The translations under genes and the position numbers were made by a program. The notes beneath the pieces were generated by a model. It worked only from the letters and a program-made list of their open reading frames with translations, made no database searches and was not told the DNA's origin. Positions 19,829 through 27,751 of a DNA stretch of 64,000 bases are shown here, piece by piece. This DNA is from Myxococcota bacterium (GTDB lineage: Bacteria; Myxococcota_A; Polyangia; Nannocystales; Nannocystaceae): contig JBCCHT010000025.1 of NCBI GenBank assembly GCA_039028615.1, positions 64,001 through 128,000 on the forward strand, read 5' to 3'. Every line of letters begins with the position of its first letter. The first letter of the stretch is position 1.

Positions 19829-20980
19829 ATGGCGAAAGGCCGCACCTGGTGCATCGACTTTCAAACCGCCGCGACCAAGGCGGGCGACGTGAGCGTGAAG
19901 TATCGCGTCAAGCTCCCCAACGGCATGATCCAAGAGCTCAACGGTAGCTGGCAGGGCTACCCGATCGGCATGACCCCCGACGCGAAGGCGACCCGTTTTT
20001 TCAGGCGCCTGTCCACCGATCCCAACATGAGCTCGCTGGTCAACGTGTCCCGGGCCGGCAATACCGTCTGCTTTCAGCTCAAGGACGGCGCCCCCTACGA
20101 CGACATCGAGGGCATCGAGGTCGGCGACGAGACGGGACAGATCATCCACACCTACGACGATCCGCCGCCCGCCGACACCTCGCCGCTCGGGCCCCTCGAC
20201 ACGGTGCGGCTCGTGCTGTCCCCCAACGGGCGTCGCTCCGCCGAGGGCGGCAACGTGTGGCTGGGCATCGGCGTCACCGCCCCGCTCGTCTGCGTGCCCA
20301 CCCGACCCGAGGGCGGACGGCTCGACGTGGCCGCCGTGATCGAAGCGATCGTCAGAGCGTTCAACGAGGCGTACGCGGAGCTCGGCTACGAAGCCGCCCC
20401 CGGCAACGACGGCGAGGTCATCATCCCCGAGGTCCCCTGCAAGCTCGGCGTCCGCGGAGGGACCGACGACCCCGACCTGAGCTCCTCGCTCGGGCTGGTC
20501 AACCCGGCGGCGGGCGGCTTCGAACGGCCCTTCTCCAAGGCCGACGCGCTTCGGGCCGCCTTGGAGGTCATCGACGCCCGACTGCGCCGCACCTTCCCTC
20601 ATACCGCGGCCGGGGCCGGCATGGTGACCGGAGAGATCGCCCTGCAGGTGGTCGGCGGGACCGTGGCCGCGTGCCCCAACCCTTACGACGACGTCATCGC
20701 GGAACTCGAGGGCATCAAGGGCACCCTCGAGCGCCTGAAGAAGGGGCGCACCGACGCCCAGAAGAAGGCGCTCGAAGAGGCCCGCACCAAGATCCAAGAG
20801 GCGATCGACGGCCTCGAGAAGATGCGCGACTCCGACCCCAACGCGCCGAGCGAGGGTGACATCCAAAAGGCCCTCCGCGACGCGGCCGACAAGATCGACG
20901 AGGCCAACCCCAACCGCCGCAACGGCTCGCTGCGTCGCCAGGCCGACGCCCTGAGGGACATCGAGCGCAACCTGTTCTGA
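19829..20980 (+). CDS. Uncharacterised protein with C-terminal helical/coiled-coil domain
   Basis: 383-aa ORF, GC3-biased codons, A-rich leader, no signal peptide. Confidence 0.8.
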   Translation: MAKGRTWCIDFQTAATKAGDVSVKYRVKLPNGMIQELNGSWQGYPIGMTPDAKATRFFRRLSTDPNMSSLVNVSRAGNTVCFQLKDGAPYDDIEGIEVGDETGQIIHTYDDPPPADTSPLGPLDTVRLVLSPNGRRSAEGGNVWLGIGVTAPLVCVPTRPEGGRLDVAAVIEAIVRAFNEAYAELGYEAAPGNDGEVIIPEVPCKLGVRGGTDDPDLSSSLGLVNPAAGGFERPFSKADALRAALEVIDARLRRTFPHTAAGAGMVTGEIALQVVGGTVAACPNPYDDVIAELEGIKGTLERLKKGRTDAQKKALEEARTKIQEAIDGLEKMRDSDPNAPSEGDIQKALRDAADKIDEANPNRRNGSLRRQADALRDIERNLF

Positions 20981-21025
20981 TTCGTTTCCCGTCCCCCCGG
21001 GAACCCCGACCCGGCGTGCCGTCCC

Positions 21026-21056
21026 CCGCCCCCGTCCGCATACGAACGGGGGGCGG
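21026..21056 (+). terminator. Possible GC-rich terminator hairpin
   Basis: ccgcccccgt...acggggggcgg imperfect inverted repeat after stop 20980; no adjacent U-tract. Confidence 0.35.
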
Positions 21057-21198
21057 CGCGTCGCGGGCTTTGGTGAAGAAAAAATTCACACCGATCGAGT
21101 CGGTCGTGAATAGGAATGCGATCGGCGGGGCACTCCCTAACGTCGCCTCGCGTCGCGCGTCTCGTGGAGCCGTGGCCGCAGGTGCGGGAGTCAGGCCC

Positions 21199-22005
21199 AT
21201 GAACGATCATCATCCGCGGCTTCATCGAGCCGCAGGACTCGCCCTCGTGCTCGGCGGGTCGGCGCTCGCCGTCCTCGCGGGCGCATGCGACGTAGACCCG
21301 GCCGCGCGCACGGGCGGCCTCGTCGCCGAGGACCAGACGCGCATGCACGTCTCGGAGCTCCCCGACGGGGCGAGCGGCGATTCCTGCGTCGCGCGCTGCG
21401 GAACCTGGACCACGGGCGCCACGTGCCAGTGCGACGACGAGTGTGGCGAGTACGGAGACTGTTGCGACGACCTCGAGGTCCTGTGCACCGAGGACGATGG
21501 CGGCGTGGCCAAGGACCCCCTGGCCGAGTACTGCTACGACGTCGTCGACGAGCTATGGGACGGCATCGCGGACGAAGAGGCGATGCTCGAGGCGATCAAC
21601 GAGCGTCGCCAGCACGAGCAGGACTGCGGCACCGAAGGGGTATTTGCCCCCGCACCACCGCTGAGCCTCGATCCCTCCGCTCAGTGCGCCGCCCGCAATC
21701 ACAGCATGAACATGGCGAAGTTCGATTTCTTCGCCCACAACGATCCCGAGGGTCGACGCGTGAAGGACCGGCTCGATCTCGCGGGCGAGAGCTTCATGAG
21801 CGTGTGGGGCGAGAACATCCACGGTGGCTCCCCCACGGCCGAGGAGGCCGTCGATTCATTGATCAAGAGCGATGGCCACTGCGCCAACATCATGAGCCCC
21901 GACTTCACTCGCGTGGGCGTTGGCCATCACCCCGGTCCTACCGTCCACCCCGTCACTGCCGAGCCGCTGCATCACCTTTGGACTCAGGTGTTCTGGAGCC
22001 CCTAG
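21199..22005 (+). CDS. Lipoprotein with somatomedin-B-like domain and CAP (SCP) domain
   Basis: Signal ending LAGAC; SCVARC...CQCDDECGEYGDCCDDLEVLC; AARNHSMNM...FFAH...GENI...SDGHCANIM...WTQVF. Confidence 0.88.
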   Translation: MNDHHPRLHRAAGLALVLGGSALAVLAGACDVDPAARTGGLVAEDQTRMHVSELPDGASGDSCVARCGTWTTGATCQCDDECGEYGDCCDDLEVLCTEDDGGVAKDPLAEYCYDVVDELWDGIADEEAMLEAINERRQHEQDCGTEGVFAPAPPLSLDPSAQCAARNHSMNMAKFDFFAHNDPEGRRVKDRLDLAGESFMSVWGENIHGGSPTAEEAVDSLIKSDGHCANIMSPDFTRVGVGHHPGPTVHPVTAEPLHHLWTQVFWSP

Positions 22006-22152
22006 AACACCGAGCGTCGAGACTTGGGGCCATGAAGCCTGCGACCGAGGTCTCAGCCCCCCGACAGGCTGGCCTTGAACGGGCCACAACGAGCCAATTT
22101 CGACATTTTTAGATGGATCGGACGACGTCGCGACATCCACGGATGGTTGGTG

Positions 22153-23037
22153 ATGCTTCGTTCGATTGGACTCCGAGGTTCGGCCTGGTTTTGTTTGTGT
22201 CTCGCGCTCGCGTGCACGCGAGAGAACCCAGCGTTCAATGACGACGCCGAACTCGGCACCACCGCCGCGAGCGAGGCCGGGGGCGGGGTCGGGGGCGCCG
22301 ACGGTGACACCGCCGCGCCCATGGGCTCCGACTCGGCGGCCACGAGTGGCGGCGGCCAAGGCATGACCGGCGACGGCGCGGCCGACATGACCGGCGCAGA
22401 CGAAGGCTCGAGCGGAGACCAAGTGCCGCCGCCGGAGACCACGGGCGAGGTCGAAGAACCAGCCGGTGTCTTGTTCGTGAACTTCGACGGCGTGACCCTG
22501 GCCTTCGGCCTCGACAACGCGACCACCAACACCTCCGAGATCGCCGGTCGCTTCGCCGGCCTGCCCCTGGCTCCCTTCGGCCGCGGCCCGCAGCAAGAGG
22601 AGATCATGGACCGGCTGCACGAGATCTGGGACCCCTTCAACGTCGAGGTCACCGACGAGCGGCCCGAGTCGGGGAACTTCGCGATGATCGTCGTGACCCC
22701 GACCAACCCCTTCGGCTTCGAGGCGCTCGGCGTCGCCAGCCAGGATTGCGGGAACGGGAACCCGAACAGCGTGGGCTTTGCGTTCTCCAGCGTCGACGCT
22801 CAGATCTCCACCGACGTCGTCGCGCTGGCGGTGAGCCACAGCGCGGGGCGGGGCTACGGACTCGAGTCCGTCGAAGGCGAGGACATCATGAGCGGAGACC
22901 CGATCCCCGGGGTCATGTTCACCGAGCCCTGCCGAGCCCTCGCGCAGCAGCCGATGTGTGGTCAGCACCAGGACTTCTGCCCCCCCGGACAGCAAAGCTC
23001 CGCGCTCGAGCTCGAAGCCGCCCTGCCCTGGCGCTGA
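22153..23037 (+). CDS. Lipoprotein with degenerate metzincin-like domain
   Basis: Lipobox ALAC; LFVNFDGVTL...PFNVEVTDERP...DCGNGNPNSVGF; HSAGRGYGLES in place of HExxHxxGxxH; IMS Met-turn. Confidence 0.7.
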   Translation: MLRSIGLRGSAWFCLCLALACTRENPAFNDDAELGTTAASEAGGGVGGADGDTAAPMGSDSAATSGGGQGMTGDGAADMTGADEGSSGDQVPPPETTGEVEEPAGVLFVNFDGVTLAFGLDNATTNTSEIAGRFAGLPLAPFGRGPQQEEIMDRLHEIWDPFNVEVTDERPESGNFAMIVVTPTNPFGFEALGVASQDCGNGNPNSVGFAFSSVDAQISTDVVALAVSHSAGRGYGLESVEGEDIMSGDPIPGVMFTEPCRALAQQPMCGQHQDFCPPGQQSSALELEAALPWR

Positions 23038-23206
23038 GTCGGCCGCGGTCGAAGACGAGGTCGGTGATCGACCTACCTCTTCGGAGGTGGTGTCACCGTC
23101 GCCCTACAACCGGGTACATGCCAAACGCAGTTTGGGCCGCCTGGCACTCGCCCCGACGGCCGTTGTGCGTTGAACGACCCTGGTTTTGATCGGATAGTGA
23201 GAGCGC

Positions 23207-24226
23207 ATGGTCGTCGACATCGGCACCGGTCGCATCGTGGCCGCAGCCTTCCTCGCGCTCGGGCTCTCCGGTTGCGCCGAGGAGGTCGACATCCCCATCG
23301 ACGCCAAGATCCAGGCGCCTCGGTTCTATCCCGGGGAACACGCCCCCACGATCGGCTTCGACATCATCGCCTCCACCCCCGAGCTGCAGGCCCAGGTCTG
23401 CTCGGGCGCCCTGCAGGTCTGGGTCGAGGTCTTCAATCCCGCCACCGCCGAGTGGGATCACGTGCTGCACACGGGCGTGTCGATCTCGTGCAGCAGCGAG
23501 CCAGCCAACGTCTCGCTCGTGGCCGACAACAGCGGCTCCCAGGAAGAGGTCCTCGAGCTCACCCAGGAGTCCGTCATGCAGTTCGTCGACGACATCATCG
23601 ACGGCGGCGGCAAGATGGGCCTCACCCGGGTCAGCACCGGGTCCGAAGTGCTGACCCCGCTGACCCACGAGTACGACGTGCTCACCGACGCGGTCGACAA
23701 CCTCTTCGTCAACGACGGGTGGACCGCGCTCTACGACGGCATCCGCATGGCCAACGGCAGCCTCCAGCAGTACGTCGCCGACTCGATCGACGAGGACGAC
23801 CTGTGCATGGACGGCGGCCGGCGTTCCATCGTGGTGTTCACCAACGGCCGCGAGAACAACTCGGCCGACGAGATGAACGCCAACTACTCCGACGGCATCG
23901 ACACCACCTACGAGGACGTCTTGAACCTCACCGTGGGCGACGTCACGACGCCTATGTACATCGTGGGGCTCGGCGACAACACGGATCCCGTTTTCCTCCA
24001 GGAGCTCGCCGACGAGACCAACGGCCACTACCTCGCCGTCGATGCGGCCGACGATCTGCCCGAGGCATTCGGGCTCGTGTCCGGCTACGCCACCGAAGGG
24101 GCGAGGATCTGCGCCGAGCTGACGGAAGTCTGCGGTCCGACCCAGGTGCGGATGAGCTACACCCTCGACGGCTGGGCCACCTACGTCGGGCCCAAGTACT
24201 TCGCGGTCGACGTCCCCTGCGCCTGA
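23207..24226 (+). CDS. vWA domain lipoprotein
   Basis: Lipobox LSGC; LVADNSGS MIDAS, TALYDGI, IVVFTNG, LQELADETNGHY. Confidence 0.88.
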   Translation: MVVDIGTGRIVAAAFLALGLSGCAEEVDIPIDAKIQAPRFYPGEHAPTIGFDIIASTPELQAQVCSGALQVWVEVFNPATAEWDHVLHTGVSISCSSEPANVSLVADNSGSQEEVLELTQESVMQFVDDIIDGGGKMGLTRVSTGSEVLTPLTHEYDVLTDAVDNLFVNDGWTALYDGIRMANGSLQQYVADSIDEDDLCMDGGRRSIVVFTNGRENNSADEMNANYSDGIDTTYEDVLNLTVGDVTTPMYIVGLGDNTDPVFLQELADETNGHYLAVDAADDLPEAFGLVSGYATEGARICAELTEVCGPTQVRMSYTLDGWATYVGPKYFAVDVPCA

Positions 24227-24344
24227 ACCCCATCGGTTTCGTGCCTTTCCGCGGGGTCGAGCGGCCCGGTTTCGACCCCTCATTAGATTCACGGAAACCC
24301 ACCGCCCCCTGCGACGTGGGAGGAGGCGGAGCGGAGATTCACGC

Positions 24345-25160
24345 ATGAACTCACGATGGCAACTATGGATCGCAGCGGGCCTGCTCGCGGGCTGCAAGAC
24401 CACCGCGGCCCCCTCGAGCACCGCGCCCACCGACGCGCAGGCCCAGGCCGAGACCGCCGACGACGGACAATCCGAGCTGGCTGCGACCGATGCTCGTCGG
24501 CACGAGGCCGCCCTGGCCGAGGATCAGCAATTCCTCGCCGACCACGGTGACGACCCCGAGCAGGCCGCGCAGGTCCTGCAGGCCACCGTGCGCATCGGCA
24601 AGTCGCAGGCCGCCCTGGGGCGCCACGACGAAGCCAAGGCCAGCTATCGCGACGTCATCGCCCGCTTCGAGGCGGCCGGATTCAACAGCTCCGAGGCGGA
24701 AGCCGACGCTCCCGCCGAGGCCACCTTCCTGCTCGCCGAGTATGCCCTCGAGGACGTCCTCAACCTACAGCTCACGGGCGACGGCGAGCTCCTCGAGGAG
24801 AGCACCCGCCTGCTCATGGACGCACTCGTCGACGCCTCCGGGAAGTACGACGCCGTGTTCCCCTATCGACGCATCGACTGGGCCCTCGCCGCCATGGTTC
24901 GCAAAGGCCGGGCCTTCGAGGAGGTCGCGATCAAGGTGCGGGCGCATCCGGCTCCGTCGGAGCTCGAAGAGCAAGACGCGATCGAGGCCTATCACCGCAT
25001 CGTCGACGACTTTGCCACGCGCCTCGATCACAAGGCGGTCGAGCTCTATTCCGAGACGGTGCTGCGGGGTAAGGAACTCAGCATCGACAACGAGTGGACT
25101 CGATCCGCGCAGGAGCACCTGGCCGGGCTCCTGCCGCCCGGCGACGCCGATCAGTCGTAG
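24345..25160 (+). CDS. TPR lipoprotein resembling the C-terminal part of AgmU/GltD-type proteins
   Basis: Lipobox LAGC; TPR helices; KAVELYSETVLRGKELSIDNEWT C-terminal pattern. Confidence 0.7.
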   Translation: MNSRWQLWIAAGLLAGCKTTAAPSSTAPTDAQAQAETADDGQSELAATDARRHEAALAEDQQFLADHGDDPEQAAQVLQATVRIGKSQAALGRHDEAKASYRDVIARFEAAGFNSSEAEADAPAEATFLLAEYALEDVLNLQLTGDGELLEESTRLLMDALVDASGKYDAVFPYRRIDWALAAMVRKGRAFEEVAIKVRAHPAPSELEEQDAIEAYHRIVDDFATRLDHKAVELYSETVLRGKELSIDNEWTRSAQEHLAGLLPPGDADQS

Positions 25161-25202
25161 CGGCTCGCCTCGCGACGGGCGGGCCTCATGCCGGGGCTGA
25201 GT

Positions 25203-26810
25203 TCACGACACCCGGGGTCGGCGACTCAGCCCATGCCACGCGCTGCCCATGAGCCAGATCCCCAGGCCCCCCGCCGTCGCCCACCACAGCCACAGCCAGT
25301 CCGGGAACACAACCGTCAGCGCGGCGGACACCACGAAGGTCACCGCCGGAATGAGCATGCGGGGCAGCAGCACCGCCATCGCGCCCAGGAACAGCGCGAA
25401 GGTCAGCAGGGCCAGGCTGACCGTGGCCCGCAGGGGGAGCTGGAGGTACCAGCCCAGCGACGGGAAGGCGACCATCGCCGTCGACAACGCCAACATCATG
25501 CCGTTTTGGGTTCGGCTGACCAGGCTCATCGGTCGTCGACGCTGACTCCGGGCGCGTCGATGGATCGCGGTGATGATGTAGCCGAGGACGCAGGACGAAG
25601 ACACCACGCACAGGGTGAGCAAGAACGGATAGGCGACGTCGAGGTCGGCCGGCAGGACGTACTCTTGAGCGTAGATCGCCGCCCCGAGGTTGATCAGGCC
25701 GACGATGAACGACGCGACCACCCGGGAGCGCACGCCCACCCGCAGGTCGACGTGACGCCGAAGATCGACGATCTCCTGGTCGGCCATCGATCCCAGCAAT
25801 CGCCGCAACTTCCTCAGCAACACCTCCATCGATGGCCAGCGCCGATGGGGCTCGGAGGACAAGCCGCGCAGCAGCACCCGCCGTAGCTCGCGGGGCACCA
25901 GGCTTTCGGGCGGCGGAGGCTTGATGGTGTCGCTCGTCATCGCCTCCATCAGCTCGGGAATCGAGCCGCCGGGGAAGGGCCGCTCGCCGTAGACCGCCTC
26001 GTACAGCGAGACGCAGAAGCTGAACTGATCGCTGAGCACCGACGCGTCGTGCCCGGCCATCTGCTCCGGCGGCATATAGGCCGGCGTCCCGAGGATGGCC
26101 CCCGTCTGGGTGAGCGACACATCGAGCGGCACCGATCGCTGCGCCGCCGAGCGCACGCGCACCACGACGCTGGGCACGCTCTCGTCCGCGTCCGCCCCGT
26201 CGCGTCGCGCCAGGCCGAAGTCCAAGACCCGCACTCGGCCGTCGTTGTCGACGACCACGTTGCCGGGCTTGAAGTCGCGGTGCACCAAGCCTTTGGTATG
26301 CGCCGCCGCCAAGCCTCGCCCCGCTTGCAGGTACAGCTCGAGGCACTCGGTCCAGTCGGGGCAGGTGCCGCTGTCGTTCTGCCACTGGCGCAGGGTCTGG
26401 CCCTTCACCAGCTCCATGACCAGGAAGATCTTCTCGTCGACCTCTCCGACCTCGAAGACCTGCACCACGTTGGGGTGAGAGAGCTTGGCCATGGCCTGCG
26501 CCTCCCGCTTCAGGCGTGGCCCGTGGTTGCCGACCGGGTCCGTGTGCAGGACCTTGATCGCCACCTGTCGGTCGAGGACGTCGTCGTAGGCCTTGAGCAC
26601 CACGCCCATGGCTCCCTCGCCCAGCTCGTCGAGCACGATGTAGCGACCGAAGCGGCGCACCGTCGGCTGGGCGAAGAGCGCCCCGAGCACCTTGGCGCGA
26701 CGAGCCTCCTGCACGGCCGTGATCTCGCGGGGCTGATTGGGCACCATCCGCATGGGGTGGATGTCCACTTCGATCGTGCTCTGCTCTAGATCGACATCTT
26801 CCACGGCCAA
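25203..26810 (-). CDS. Ser/Thr protein kinase with C-terminal multi-TM domain
   Basis: GEGAMG, VAIK, HRDFKPGN, DFG, GTPAYMPPE; about 6 hydrophobic helices at C-terminus; start uncertain. Confidence 0.92.
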   Translation of the reverse strand: MAVEDVDLEQSTIEVDIHPMRMVPNQPREITAVQEARRAKVLGALFAQPTVRRFGRYIVLDELGEGAMGVVLKAYDDVLDRQVAIKVLHTDPVGNHGPRLKREAQAMAKLSHPNVVQVFEVGEVDEKIFLVMELVKGQTLRQWQNDSGTCPDWTECLELYLQAGRGLAAAHTKGLVHRDFKPGNVVVDNDGRVRVLDFGLARRDGADADESVPSVVVRVRSAAQRSVPLDVSLTQTGAILGTPAYMPPEQMAGHDASVLSDQFSFCVSLYEAVYGERPFPGGSIPELMEAMTSDTIKPPPPESLVPRELRRVLLRGLSSEPHRRWPSMEVLLRKLRRLLGSMADQEIVDLRRHVDLRVGVRSRVVASFIVGLINLGAAIYAQEYVLPADLDVAYPFLLTLCVVSSSCVLGYIITAIHRRARSQRRRPMSLVSRTQNGMMLALSTAMVAFPSLGWYLQLPLRATVSLALLTFALFLGAMAVLLPRMLIPAVTFVVSAALTVVFPDWLWLWWATAGGLGIWLMGSAWHGLSRRPRVS

Positions 26811-27117
26811 AAATCCCCCTAGACCATCAGTGTAACGGCGACACCGATTGACTGAGCGATTTCACGACTTTTCGCCAATTGGGCACCTGGTCCTTTTGGG
26901 CAATTCGATCGCCATGGCACTTCACCGCGAACCGAATGCTCGATTGGGTAACAAAGAGGGAGTCAAAGCTCCGCGGTGACGCACTCACCCTTGGGCACCC
27001 GAGGATGCCCGGGACTGACGAATGCACAACCAGACCACGCTGCAAGCCTCCATCGTCTCCGTTCACTCGGGAAGCCCGCCTGCACCGTGGCGCACCGCTC
27101 CCCGTATACTCGTCGCC

Positions 27118-27747
27118 ATGGGCGATGGTGAGTTGCTGCTGGCATGGCGCGACGGCGATCGCGCGGCCGGGGAAGAACTGTTCGAACGCCACTACCCCAC
27201 GGTGGAGCGGTTCTTTCGCAACAAGGTCTCGGAGCCCGACGAGCTCATTCAGCGGACCTTCCTCGCCTGTACCGAATCGGCGGCCCGGTTCCGTGGGGAC
27301 TCCAAGTTCCGCACCTTCTTGCTGGGCATCGCGTTCAACGTCCTGCGTACCTTCTATCGACAACTGCAGCGAGACCGAGGCCTGGACTCCATCCACGAGA
27401 GTTCCGTGGCCGATCTGGGGCAGACCCCGAGCCGGGTCGTGTGCGCCCGCGAAGAGGAAGAGCTGCTGCTCGCCGCCCTGCGACTGCTGCCGTGTGAGCT
27501 CCAGGTGCTGATCGAGCTTCGCTACTGGGAGAACCTCAAGCACGACGAGCTCGCGGAGATCCTCGAGCACCCGCGAAGTACCATCAACTCCAAGCTCCGC
27601 CGCGCTCGCAAGCTCCTCGACGAGGGCATGCGGACGCTGGCCCGAACCCCGCAGGTCTTCGACAGCACGGTGGGCAACCTCCAAGAGTGGGTCGAGCAAC
27701 AGCGGCGCCGGGGACCCCTCGGGCCCGGCAGCACACAGGAGTCCTAG
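27118..27747 (+). CDS. ECF RNA polymerase sigma factor
   Basis: ELLLAWRDGDRAAGEELF, ELIQRTFLAC, FRTFLLGIA, LRYWENLKHDELAEILEHPRSTINSKLRRAR. Confidence 0.92.
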   Translation: MGDGELLLAWRDGDRAAGEELFERHYPTVERFFRNKVSEPDELIQRTFLACTESAARFRGDSKFRTFLLGIAFNVLRTFYRQLQRDRGLDSIHESSVADLGQTPSRVVCAREEEELLLAALRLLPCELQVLIELRYWENLKHDELAEILEHPRSTINSKLRRARKLLDEGMRTLARTPQVFDSTVGNLQEWVEQQRRRGPLGPGSTQES

Positions 27748-27751
27748 ACCG

